Of a DNA stretch of 50,299 bases, positions 33,317-43,200 are shown in pieces. The notes under the pieces are model-generated. The model saw only the letters and a program-made list of their open reading frames with translations, ran no database searches and had not been told where the DNA came from. The DNA comes from Candidatus Nomurabacteria bacterium. Its GTDB lineage: Bacteria; Patescibacteriota; Minisyncoccia; Phycocordibacterales; UBA918. Numbering within the stretch: position 1 is the stretch's first letter; each line of letters opens with the position of its first letter. The stretch spans positions 392,638 to 442,936 of the forward strand of contig JACKGF010000001.1 of the NCBI GenBank assembly GCA_020632095.1, given 5' to 3'. The translations under genes and the position numbers were made by a program.

Positions 33317-33769
33317 ATGAAAGTCAAAGACATTGTCAAACCAGCAGTGATTGTGGCCGAGACAGACACCTTTGAGCAATCCCTCAAAGCAATGATCACG
33401 CAACAGACCAACACCTTATTAGTAGTTGATGAAGACGGACTATTATCAGGCGAAGTAACGGTTGCTGACTTACTAGACGCTATAATTCCAGACACCCTTA
33501 ATGGCAACGAAGTGATGGAGCATTTCTCAACCGATGAAGCCTTTGCAGCTTCAATAGAAATAGTCAGAGATATCCCCGTCTCAGAATTTATGTCCATGGA
33601 TTATTCTGCTCTCGAATTATCCGACAATCTACTGGCAATTATTGCAACCGCCATCAGTAACCAAAGAGCCAGAATCCCTGTAGTTGATAAAGACCAACGA
33701 CCAGTTGGAATTGTTTCTCGACAAGGACTGAAGCAAATCTTGGCAAAATTCTTAGTTGGTAAAAAATAA
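33317..33769 (+). CDS. CBS-pair domain protein
   Basis: Two CBS repeats (...LLVVDEDGLLSGEVTVADLL..., ...IPVVDKDQRPVGIVSRQGL...). I prefer the ATG at 33317 over the GTG at 33299. Confidence 0.75.
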   Translation: MKVKDIVKPAVIVAETDTFEQSLKAMITQQTNTLLVVDEDGLLSGEVTVADLLDAIIPDTLNGNEVMEHFSTDEAFAASIEIVRDIPVSEFMSMDYSALELSDNLLAIIATAISNQRARIPVVDKDQRPVGIVSRQGLKQILAKFLVGKK

Positions 33770-33777
33770 ATCTTCCG

Positions 33778-34278
33778 ATGATCGAGTTTGTCTACCATCT
33801 CTCATCGTTTGCGCCTTTGGTAATTTTTATAGCCTCGGCTTTAGATATTTTTTTTGCCACGGGTTTAATCCTATATGGAGCAGCCATGATGGGTTCAGTT
33901 GCTATGATGTACGCAAACCACATGATTAGTCTAGAAGCGATTATCATTTCAGCCTTCAGCGGTACACTGCTAGGCAATACTTTAAACTTTTTGGTTGGGC
34001 AATATTTTTCAGAAAAAGAATTTGTAAAAAGAAAACTGAGCCACCCTCGAGTAGCCAGCGCCAGAAACCTACTTGAGAGCCGCGGACTGTTTCTCTTTAT
34101 GTTAGTCAGTCGTTTTATCACCTTCACCCGTCCCCTTTATGCTATCTTACTCGGCAGCTTAGGTATCAAATACTATAGATTCATCATCTACGAATTATTC
34201 ATTGCCTTATTTTGGGTAGTTTTTTGGCTCATGATTATCGTCAAAGGAATAGATATCTACGCCTGGATATTTAATTAA
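33778..34278 (+). CDS. DedA/SNARE-associated family membrane protein
   Basis: 166 aa with 4-5 TM segments and a DedA-like loop (GQYFSEKEFVKR). This is a moderate-confidence family call. Confidence 0.6.
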   Translation: MIEFVYHLSSFAPLVIFIASALDIFFATGLILYGAAMMGSVAMMYANHMISLEAIIISAFSGTLLGNTLNFLVGQYFSEKEFVKRKLSHPRVASARNLLESRGLFLFMLVSRFITFTRPLYAILLGSLGIKYYRFIIYELFIALFWVVFWLMIIVKGIDIYAWIFN

Positions 34279-34296
34279 CCTAAGTTGTTCTATATT

Positions 34297-34340
34297 GAAA
34301 AACTCTCAGCAACACAGTTGCTAGGAGTTTTCAATCTTTA
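34297..34340 (+). terminator. Hairpin terminator after the DedA-like gene
   Basis: GAAAAACTCTCAGCAAC-aca-GTTGCTAGGAGTTTTC (one mismatch). Confidence 0.5.
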
Positions 34341-34440
34341 AGTACGATTTGAGGCGTCAGCTTGGATAAATAAGGAATTGAGTAGCAATTGACTGTATTT
34401 TTCCAATGCAAGAAGATAAAATTTCGACCTACCGAGGGGG

Positions 34441-34474
34441 AAAATTTTATATGAAATCTTACTTAGTAAGATTT
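34441..34474 (-). terminator. rpoD terminator hairpin overlapping the stop codon
   Basis: AAATCTTAC-tta-GTAAGATTT, with an A/T run downstream on the minus strand. Confidence 0.5.
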
Positions 34475-35899
34475 TAGTCTCCTTGCCTTTTCGTGTTGTC
34501 GAATCTTCTCCAATGCTTTGGCTTCAATCTGTCGGATACGTTCGCGGGTTACTCCAAATTCCTTACCTACCTCTTCGAGTGTGTGATAAGTACCATCTAA
34601 TAGTCCATGGCGCATCTCTAGAATTTTTCTTTCCTTTTCAGACAAAGTGTCGAGAATTTCGGTAATTTGATCGGTCAAAATACTGTGTGACACTTCTTGG
34701 TCTGGTGAGGTTATCTTGTCGTCAGAGATAAAATCAGACAAACGTGAACGATCGTCGTCATCTCCCACTGGTAGTTCAAGTGAAATCGTATCCTGACTAA
34801 TCTTTTCAATCTGATAGATTTTTTCCACCTCCACATTCATCTCAGTCGCAATTTCTTCCGGCATTGGGTCACGTCCTAAGTCTTGAGCCAAGCGTCGTGA
34901 CACTTGCTTGTACTTAGCCATAGTCTCCACCATGTGAACCGGAATACGGATAGTGCGGGACTGATCGGCTAGAGCACGAGTAATCGCCTGACGGATCCAC
35001 CAAGTAGCATAAGTTGAAAACTTAAAGCCCTTAGTGAAGTCGAACTTATCTACCGCCTTAAAGAGACCAAGGTTTCCTTCTTGAATCAAGTCAAGTAGAG
35101 TCAGATCAGGTGACCGACCAACATACTTCTTAGCAATCGAAACCACCAAACGGAGGTTGGCCCGAGCGAGTAAGTTACGAGCCTCATCATCACCATCAAC
35201 AATTCGCTTCGCTAAAACTCGCTCTTCATGCGCATTCAAAAGTGGATACTGACCAATCTCACGTAAGTACATCTGAATTGAGTCGTACCCGCTATCACTA
35301 CGCTTGAAAGCGTTCTTTTGCGCAATCACATCAATACTTGGATCATCTCCCAACAACCCACCACTTTGCAAAACATCAATACCCGCAATTGAGAAATTCT
35401 CATACAAAGTATCTAGAAACTCTACATCCTTTTCAACCTCTGGAAATGAACGTAGTAGTTCATCATAAGTTACATAACCTCGTTCTCTTCCGAGACGCAT
35501 TAACTCTACCGATTTAGCCGCTAGAATTTTCTCACTTTTAGTGAGTTTTGGTTTTACTTCTTCCTTAATAACTATCTTTTTTTCTTCCTTTTTTTTAGGA
35601 GTTTTTGTCACGGTTGTTTTTTTTGTAGGTTTAATACTACTAACAACGGCCGCTTTTTTGACGACTTTCTTAACTGCCTTTTCAACTGTTTTTGTAGTTT
35701 TTTTAGACACTGCTTTTTTCACAGGTTTTTTTACCGCTTTCACTGGTTTCTTAACTACAATTTTCTTAGCAACGGTTTTCTTCTTTGGTGCCACAGCTTT
35801 TTTTATAGAAGCTTTCTTTGGGGCAATTTTTTTATTTATATTCACGGGTTTTTTGACCGCTTTTTTCGCAACTTTTTTTGTGGCCTTTTGGGTAGCCAT
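34463..35899 (-). CDS. rpoD: Primary RNA polymerase sigma factor (sigma70) with a highly basic Lys-rich N-terminal extension
   Basis: Regions 2-4 are intact ([51 protein letters not shown]). The first ~125 aa are KKAVKKPV-type repeats. The track start at 35911 is also possible. Confidence 0.9.
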   Translation of the reverse strand: MATQKATKKVAKKAVKKPVNINKKIAPKKASIKKAVAPKKKTVAKKIVVKKPVKAVKKPVKKAVSKKTTKTVEKAVKKVVKKAAVVSSIKPTKKTTVTKTPKKKEEKKIVIKEEVKPKLTKSEKILAAKSVELMRLGRERGYVTYDELLRSFPEVEKDVEFLDTLYENFSIAGIDVLQSGGLLGDDPSIDVIAQKNAFKRSDSGYDSIQMYLREIGQYPLLNAHEERVLAKRIVDGDDEARNLLARANLRLVVSIAKKYVGRSPDLTLLDLIQEGNLGLFKAVDKFDFTKGFKFSTYATWWIRQAITRALADQSRTIRIPVHMVETMAKYKQVSRRLAQDLGRDPMPEEIATEMNVEVEKIYQIEKISQDTISLELPVGDDDDRSRLSDFISDDKITSPDQEVSHSILTDQITEILDTLSEKERKILEMRHGLLDGTYHTLEEVGKEFGVTRERIRQIEAKALEKIRQHEKARRLKSY

Positions 35900-35934
35900 A
35901 ATGTCCCCCACTATACAGAAAAACCCTAAAATGT

Positions 35935-37698
35935 CTAGTCTCTTTCTCCCAAAAAGCCTTCTGCCGTGTAGGCTGGTTCTCGGAGTAAGATTTCGTATAT
36001 TTTAATCTTTTCCAGAGCTTCGGTAAACCCACTGTCATCCCCAGATAATTCAATCGTCTCCAACAACTGTCGATACTCATTTATTTTCTTCCTTATCAAA
36101 CCAACCTTAAATTGATTTAACTTGGCTATCACTTCTTCCTGAACCGCCAACTTTGGCAAATCGGAAAACTGTTGCTCTAAAGAAAATATTAAGCCTGTTA
36201 GCTCAGATTCTGAAGGCTCAGCTAATTCTCCAACTGTACGTATTTTCTCCACCTCCTTTTTTATTAATTCACCATAACTTTCTTCTAGTACAGTAGCTGC
36301 TGCAATCAGAAAAAACATTGCTCTTTCAATAGAATCAGTCTGGACCTTACCCACTTTTTTTTGACCTTCATCAAGATGCCTTTCTGCACGAGAAGATTCT
36401 CGAGCATAATCCGAACGGTGTTGTTCCCGCAGTCTATCCAACTCATAACGCACCGCATCGGTAGTGGTACCGATTGACTCGGCTACCTTAGTGACGAAGT
36501 GTTCCTGATCTATTCGACTCGGCAAAAGTAGAATGAAGGGGAGTATTTCTTCACGTGACTTTAGTTTAAATGATCTGTCATCTGCAATCTCTCGACGCAG
36601 TACATGGAGCAAAAACTCAATCACGTGTACCGACTTCCCTATCACGTGTTTAAAATCTACCGGATTAGCTTGTATTAAATCCGCTGGATCTTTCCCGAGC
36701 GGTAACTCCGCCACCTTCACGTCCAATCCTCGACTCAGCATGAGTTGAGCACCTTTTTTCATAGCGTTAATCCCAGCTCGGTCGGCGTCTAGTGCCAATA
36801 CTACCTTGTCAGAAAGTCGCTCCAATAGTTGTACGTGATGCAACGTGAGCGCAGTGCCAGACACAGCCACAGTATTGGAGTAACCAGCTTGATGACACAT
36901 CACCACATCAAACTGCCCTTCCACAATCAAAGAAAAATTAAGATTACGAATCCCCTGCTTGGCTTTATCGTAACCAAAAAGTAAATCTGATTTTTTGTAT
37001 AGTTCAGTCTCAGGTGAATTTACGTACTTTGGTGCTTCACTATCTTTTGCCAAAATCCGTCCCGAAAAAGCGACAATCTTACCGTTTGGCTCTGCCATTG
37101 GAAACATGACCCGATCACGAAAGACATCAAACGGTTCCTTACCCGATTCAGCCATTTTTATCAATCCCGCTTTTAACAATTCTTCCCGTTTAAAACCAAT
37201 TGATTCTAAATATTCTTTAGTCTCACGCCAACCGCGTGCCGGAGGACCTGGCGCGTAGCCAATCCGCCACTTAACAATCGTCTCGGACTTAACTCCACGT
37301 TGTTCTAAGTACTTCAAAGCCTCTGAACCTTTAGTTAGTTGATCTGAACAAAAAACAGTAGTTGCTTCAAGTGCCGCATACAACCGATCTCGCTCACTCC
37401 GCTTTTGGGGATTTTCTGGTACCAATTCTACTCCCGCCTTCTGCGCCAAAATCTTAAGCGCTTCCTTAAAATCCACCCCCTCCATCACTTGAATAAAGTT
37501 GAACATATCACCACCTTGGCTAGTAGAAAAACAGTAATACATCCCCCGGTCGGGCGAAACATAAAAAGAGGGGGTTTTTTCAGCTGAGAACGGGGACTTA
37601 CCTTTGAAGTTTTTACCAGATTTTTGTAACTCTACATAAGGAGAAATCACATCTATAATACTGAGCTTATCTTTAATTTGCTGAACAGAATCACTCAT
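35935..37698 (-). CDS. dnaG: DNA primase DnaG
   Basis: [14 protein letters not shown] ([17 protein letters not shown]). It sits upstream of rpoD, as in the classical dnaG-rpoD arrangement. Confidence 0.9.
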   Translation of the reverse strand: MSDSVQQIKDKLSIIDVISPYVELQKSGKNFKGKSPFSAEKTPSFYVSPDRGMYYCFSTSQGGDMFNFIQVMEGVDFKEALKILAQKAGVELVPENPQKRSERDRLYAALEATTVFCSDQLTKGSEALKYLEQRGVKSETIVKWRIGYAPGPPARGWRETKEYLESIGFKREELLKAGLIKMAESGKEPFDVFRDRVMFPMAEPNGKIVAFSGRILAKDSEAPKYVNSPETELYKKSDLLFGYDKAKQGIRNLNFSLIVEGQFDVVMCHQAGYSNTVAVSGTALTLHHVQLLERLSDKVVLALDADRAGINAMKKGAQLMLSRGLDVKVAELPLGKDPADLIQANPVDFKHVIGKSVHVIEFLLHVLRREIADDRSFKLKSREEILPFILLLPSRIDQEHFVTKVAESIGTTTDAVRYELDRLREQHRSDYARESSRAERHLDEGQKKVGKVQTDSIERAMFFLIAAATVLEESYGELIKKEVEKIRTVGELAEPSESELTGLIFSLEQQFSDLPKLAVQEEVIAKLNQFKVGLIRKKINEYRQLLETIELSGDDSGFTEALEKIKIYEILLREPAYTAEGFLGERD

Positions 37699-37761
37699 AG
37701 TGTGGCTATTGTACCTAATATTTCAGAATCCTGCTAAATATTCACGAGCTACAGTTAACCA

Positions 37762-38472
37762 TTATGTAACTGGTCTAATCTCAATGTAACGTTTCTTCCA
37801 AGCACTCTTAAACTTGGCAATAGAAATCGAACTGCCTCCAGCCTCTTCAGCCGGGTCATTATAGTAGACCTTCCCATCAGACACTCCATTTACCACCACA
37901 AGATGTGGTATAGGATTTTGTGGGTCAAAAGTATAGTGTACTGAAGCCATCACTGGACCATCTTCTAAAACTGACTCTAACTTATGAAAAGCCATTTCCA
38001 TACTGGAATCAGCCAAACTATAGGACTCTCCTGCTAAACCAAATTTTCTGGATAGATTTATCAGTCCAGCATGTGTCCAACCAGCATCCTTAAGAAAAGC
38101 ACCGTTGGCAATTCCTTGCTTAAGCAAAGCATCGACCGATACTTGATTCGGTTCGTAGAACTCAATCAACATTGCTAAGCTTGCAATTCCACAACCAACC
38201 CCTCGCCACTCTGGGGCAGAAATATCAGTGAACTGTGAATAAAACGGGACTGTGTAGGCACCTGTTTTTCTAACCTCTTGAGCTGGGACAATTGAGGAAA
38301 TAGTGATCGGTGCAAGCTTATCAATTGATCCAAGCGGCTGTACATAAGCAATCTCAGTCACACCAGAATAAGCCGAGACTGTTTCGATATCAAAATAAGT
38401 CGTAGCTGAAAAAACATACGTGACTACAAATATTCCAACTAAAGAGAAATCTAAATAATATCGATAAGACAA
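37762..38472 (-). CDS. Peptidase C39-like (papain-fold) domain protein, membrane-anchored
   Basis: N-terminal TM segment. Cys motif WRGVGCGIASLAMLIEFY, then a later HLVVVNG His. TTG start. Confidence 0.6.
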   Translation of the reverse strand: MSYRYYLDFSLVGIFVVTYVFSATTYFDIETVSAYSGVTEIAYVQPLGSIDKLAPITISSIVPAQEVRKTGAYTVPFYSQFTDISAPEWRGVGCGIASLAMLIEFYEPNQVSVDALLKQGIANGAFLKDAGWTHAGLINLSRKFGLAGESYSLADSSMEMAFHKLESVLEDGPVMASVHYTFDPQNPIPHLVVVNGVSDGKVYYNDPAEEAGGSSISIAKFKSAWKKRYIEIRPVT

Positions 38473-38532
38473 ATCTCGACTATCTTACCTCGAGTCTATA
38501 CATTGACACAAGTCAATATAGATTGTTTCATA

Positions 38533-39465
38533 CTAATCACGCACCGTTACTGTAGTACCCAGTGTTGCCCAATTATAAAGAATGCGCGCTTCCGCTGGTG
38601 ACACATTCACACAACCATGAGAATACGGCCGACCAAAACTTTCATGCCAATACGCACCATGAATGACAGCCCCACCTTCTGTGAAATATAGATTCCAAGG
38701 TACCCCAGGAAGATCGTAATATTGTTGACTGACTAAATTCGGTAAGGGACCTTGCATGTACCGACTAGGTGTTTTTTTGTAAATAGTAAAAGTCCCGCGC
38801 GGGGTTGGAGTGAGTTCAAGACCGGTTGAAATTGTATATTCCATAACCAATTCTTCCCCATCATAGGCATAGAGCTTTTGATCAGATCGGTCTACGATAA
38901 TATTTTTTGTGGTAGTTGACTTACCATCTTCCCAAACTGTCCGATCCCCTTCATCGTAAAGAATATCAACAAACTCTGCCGCGACATACCAATCCCCTTT
39001 TACCCTCTCTGGATAGCGCAACCACTCATCAAACACAATCTTGTACCATTCTTCCCCTTCGTTCATCACCATTCCACCAGCCTTAAGCACTATCCCGTTA
39101 CGAAGCTTAGCTACCGCTGGATACTCCACCCCTGGACCAGAACGAACGTTGAGGCACTCACCTTCGAAATGAGGGCCACAGCCACCTGTCACTTCGACGT
39201 ACTCAAATAACACTTTTTCCACTGGTAACACCTGTGGCTCAGGGTCTTCTACTGAAGGAGGATGAACCATCACTACTTCCTCAGCTGACAAAGGAACTTT
39301 GACTGGTTCCGTTTGTACAACCTCAATATTATTATTATTTTTTGGTTCAAAAAAACCTGTATGCCCACCGCTTAATACCACCCACACCAATCCTCCTGCC
39401 AAAATAACTATTAGCGATAATAACACCAACAAAATAAACAAATACTTTCGCTGGGATATTTCCAT
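38533..39465 (-). CDS. L,D-transpeptidase (YkuD) with an SH3b-like domain
   Basis: Catalytic SHGCVNV motif, SH3-like LNVRSGPGVEYPAVAKL, N-terminal TM segment. Confidence 0.85.
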   Translation of the reverse strand: MEISQRKYLFILLVLLSLIVILAGGLVWVVLSGGHTGFFEPKNNNNIEVVQTEPVKVPLSAEEVVMVHPPSVEDPEPQVLPVEKVLFEYVEVTGGCGPHFEGECLNVRSGPGVEYPAVAKLRNGIVLKAGGMVMNEGEEWYKIVFDEWLRYPERVKGDWYVAAEFVDILYDEGDRTVWEDGKSTTTKNIIVDRSDQKLYAYDGEELVMEYTISTGLELTPTPRGTFTIYKKTPSRYMQGPLPNLVSQQYYDLPGVPWNLYFTEGGAVIHGAYWHESFGRPYSHGCVNVSPAEARILYNWATLGTTVTVRD

Positions 39466-39567
39466 ATACTAATTAGTATAGATATATCAATACTCAAGAG
39501 CAATAGGGTAAATATAATAGAGTACCCGTAAACGACTGTTTATTTAGGTGCAAATTTAGGCTCGACA

Positions 39568-39595
39568 TTGACTTTTGGGTGAATTCATGTATAAT
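39568..39595 (+). promoter_or_regulatory. Consensus promoter TTGACT-16-TATAAT
   Basis: Read directly. Followed by a ~55-nt leader and the SD AAGGAGG, whose last G lies 9 nt before the ATG at 39657. Confidence 0.65.
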
Positions 39596-39656
39596 GTTAA
39601 ATAGTAGGTTTGGCCAATTTCGGCCACAACAATTCGTTCCAAGGAGGAACTAAACC

Positions 39657-40145
39657 ATGAATGCAATCAAAACCATCCTCGCCATTCTCGCTGCAGTCAC
39701 CCTGTTCGCAGGAACATCGGTCGCTTACGCAGCTGGGTTCGCCGAGTCTAGCTTCATGCAATACCAGACGTTGATGTACGCGACAGAATCTATGTATCAG
39801 CTAGCCTTCGCGGAGGTCAAGCGCGTTGCCACCTCCAACAACCGCGGCGTCATCTCTGCACATGTTTTGGAGAAAGGGGTGTGGAATTCATACTCCGTAG
39901 TAAACCCTGTACGTGTCGATCCAGAAACGAGGGAGATCCTGCTTGCCTACGGCCCCAGCAAAAGAGTCGGCGATAGAGACGAGGTAGTCGTCATTGTTGA
40001 CAGCAACATGGACGGCGAGGCCGACTACACTTACCGTGAGTGCGCCACAGGATGCATTCGTACGGAAGCAACAGAGCACGACCGTGCGGAGTACAGGAAA
40101 AGAATTCTGATGGTCTTCAGCCACATCGAAGACCCAGGTCTCTGA
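39657..40145 (+). CDS. Orphan secreted protein (G+C-rich gene)
   Basis: Signal peptide MNAIKTILAILAAVTLFAGTSVAYA. Strong promoter and SD, and two tandem terminators. No recognisable domain. Confidence 0.65.
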   Translation: MNAIKTILAILAAVTLFAGTSVAYAAGFAESSFMQYQTLMYATESMYQLAFAEVKRVATSNNRGVISAHVLEKGVWNSYSVVNPVRVDPETREILLAYGPSKRVGDRDEVVVIVDSNMDGEADYTYRECATGCIRTEATEHDRAEYRKRILMVFSHIEDPGL

Positions 40146-40163
40146 AAGACCTGAACCACCCGG

Positions 40164-40205
40164 CCCCGATGAAACACCCCAGCTTCATCGGGGTCTTCTT
40201 TTTTA
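40164..40205 (+). terminator. Rho-independent terminator 1
   Basis: CCCCGATGAA...TTCATCGGGG followed by TCTTCTTTTTT. Confidence 0.75.
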
Positions 40206-40221
40206 TATTTGAAGTGACACA

Positions 40222-40267
40222 CGAAAAGACGGTGGGCGCGAAGCGCCCACCGTCTTTTCGTTTTTTC
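40222..40267. terminator. Rho-independent terminator 2 (18-bp stem), possibly bidirectional and serving rpoC
   Basis: CGAAAAGACGGTGGGCGC-gaa-GCGCCCACCGTCTTTTCG followed by TTTTTTC. Confidence 0.8.
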
Positions 40268-40298
40268 TTCTATTTTAACTTCGTCACTTCCTCCCCTC

Positions 40299-43200
40299 TT
40301 AACTTATTCGTCGAGCTTGCAGGTCTTCGATCATCTTGTACTTCTGACTTCCCTTGAAGCCTGAACCAGCTGGAATCAATTTTCCGATGATAACGTTTTC
40401 CATCAAACCAGCTAGATTGTCGTTACTTCCCTTCACAGCGGCGTTGATAAGAACGCGTGTTGTGTTTTGGAATGAGGCGGCTGACAAGAAGCTCTTTCGA
40501 GACAATGAGGTTTCAGTGATACCAAGGATAAGTCTGTCACCTCTAGCAACATCCTTGCCTTGCTCCTTAAGCTTATTATTAGTATCGACCACAATCCATT
40601 CTTCCACCACTTCGCCGATTGTAAATGGACTGTCACCACGATGAGTTATTTTTACTCTTGACATCATCTGCTTCACAATCAACTCAATGTGCTTTCGAGA
40701 AATGGTCACACCCTGAAGTTCGTAAATCTTGTTAACTTCAGAAATAATGTAATCTTGTGTAATCTCTTGTCCACCATATTTGAAGAGTTCTGGAAGAAGA
40801 GCTGAACCGTCAGTCAACATTTGACCTGATACTACAGAGTCTCCCTTAGACACCATTGCTACTCGACGATAATGAACTTCATATTCATTATTATCTTTCT
40901 TCTTCGGCGCACCTTCAGCGGTCATATCTGGAGCTACCACAATCACTTTTTCTCGTCCTTCTGTTCGAACTCCAACCACTACTCCACTGTATTTACAAAC
41001 TACAGCTGGAATTTTTGGTTGTCGTTTTTCAAACACTTCTTCCACACGCGGTAGACCTTGAGTTACGTCTCCACCCACTGACGCCGCACCTCCGGCGTGC
41101 TTAGTGTTCATTGTGAGCTGGGTTCCTGGCTCTCCAATCGCTTGAGCGGCCACTGTTCCCACAGCTTCTCCAATATCAACGATAGTATTGGTAGTCAAGT
41201 CAATACCATAACATTGCTGACAAACCCCCTTGAGAGTCTTACAGGTCATCGGTGAGCGTACAATTACTGACTCACAGGTTGTTCCTTCCACTGCAATTGC
41301 GTCACGACGTGAAAGCAGGTGTCCTTTCTTAAAGATAAGATTACCTTTTGCATCAAGCGCATCTTCAGCCAAGATTCGTCCTTTAATCGCCTTTGAGAAG
41401 GCGATCTCGATACCAGAAGCAGAGATACGATTAATCTTAGTCCCGGCCTTTGTCTTACAGTTTTCTTCAGTCACAATCGCATCTTGGGCGACCACGAAGA
41501 GTCGTCGAGTTAGGTAACCAGCCTTAGCAGTTTGAAGCGCGGTGTCAGCTAGCCCCTTTCGAGAACCGTGAGTAGTGTTGAAGTACTCAATCGGTGTCAT
41601 GCCTTCCTTCATCGAAGAAAGTACTGGGAACTCTAGAGTTTCACCTCGAGTATTAACAATCAATCCCTTCATACCAGCCATTTGAGCAATTTGTCCTAGC
41701 GAACCTCGAGCTCCAGACTTCCACATTTCGTAAGCTGAACCATCTTCACTCAAAGTATTTGGCAGAACCTTTTCAATTTCAGTCTTAGCGCGGTGCCAAA
41801 TTTCAACAATCATGCGACGGCGCTCATCACGTGACAAAAGTCCTTCTTCGTAATGTTCGATAATAGCTCGCTCTTCAGCTCGAGAAGCTTCCACAATTGC
41901 TGTTTTTTCTGCAGGCACGACCACATCGTCGATTCCCCAAGTAACTCCAGATTTCGTAGCGTACTTGAAACCAAATTTCTTAAGCTTGTCGACAATTGCT
42001 GGTACGGCTTGAGCTCCACGATCATCGATAATATCAATGATTATTTGGAACAAAGTCTTTTGTACCACCACATCGTTGATGAAAGGATGGTCGGTAGGTA
42101 GAACTGAGTTAAACAGAAGACGACCGACGGATGTTTCAAACAACTTTCCTTCATACTGTGCGTACTTTGGAGTATCAGTCGCTAACACCTGCACCTTCGC
42201 TCGGAAATCAATCACATCATAATCAAAGGCGTTGATAGCATCGTTTGGAGAAGAGAAGTACTTTCCTTCACCCTTTGCTCCTTCCACAATCTTTGTCATC
42301 CAATAGGCACCCAGAGCCATATCAAGCAACTTTTCAGACACCACCGGTTCAGAAGAACCAGGCTTAAGAATGTTGTGATTAGCTGAAATAACATTCTTTG
42401 CTTCTAGTTGAGCTTCATCTGACAACGGTACGTGCACGGCCATCTGGTCACCGTCGAAGTCCGCGTTAAACGCGCGACAAACTAGTGGGTGAACCTGAAT
42501 CGCATTACCTTCAATAAGCACCGGTCGGAAAGCCTGAATACCTTGTCGGTGAAGCGTCGGTGCTCGGTTTAGAAGAACATATTTCTTCTCAATAATATCT
42601 TCCAGAATCGCCCAAACTTCTGGCACTCCGTCTTCAATCAGTCGGCCAGCTCCTCGGATGTTGTAGGCTAATTCTTGTTTCAGAAGTTCAGCGATAACAA
42701 ACGGTCGGAAAAGTTCCAAAGCCATATGCTTCGGTAGACCACACTGATCGAGGTCAAGCTCAGGTCCAATAACAATTACAGAACGTCCTGAGTAGTCCAC
42801 TCGCTTACCGAGCAAGTTTTGTCGGAAGTAACCTTGCTTACTCTTAAGATAATCAGACAGTGACTTGAGTGGTCGACGTTGAGCTTGACTCATGACTGAG
42901 TAAGCGCCTCCGCCGTGTCGGATTGAGTTGTCGATCAGAGCATCGACTGCCTCCTGCATGATTCGCTTTTCATTGCGCAGAATAACGTCTGGGGCTTGAA
43001 TATCAATCAGTTTCTTCAAACGGTTGTTTCGGTTGATAACCCGTCGGTAAAGGTCGTTTAGGTCAGAAGACGCGTGTCTTCCTCCTTCAAGTGCCACCAT
43101 CGGTCGAATAGCTGGTGGTACCACTGGGATACGAGTTAGAAATAGCCATTCTGGACGCACACCAGCATTTGCCATACCGCGAACTAGCGCTAGTCGCTTA

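Noticed and set aside
35541-36005. 154-aa Phe-rich plus-strand ORF
   Set aside because: It is the antisense mirror of the Lys-repeat (AAA/AAG) N-terminus of rpoD and the dnaG 3' end. It has low complexity, no start signals, and overlaps two well-supported genes completely.
40031-40357. ORFs 40040-40357(+) and 40031-40222(-) between the secreted orphan gene and rpoC
   Set aside because: They run straight through two strong terminator hairpins and into the rpoC 3' end. They have no translation signals.
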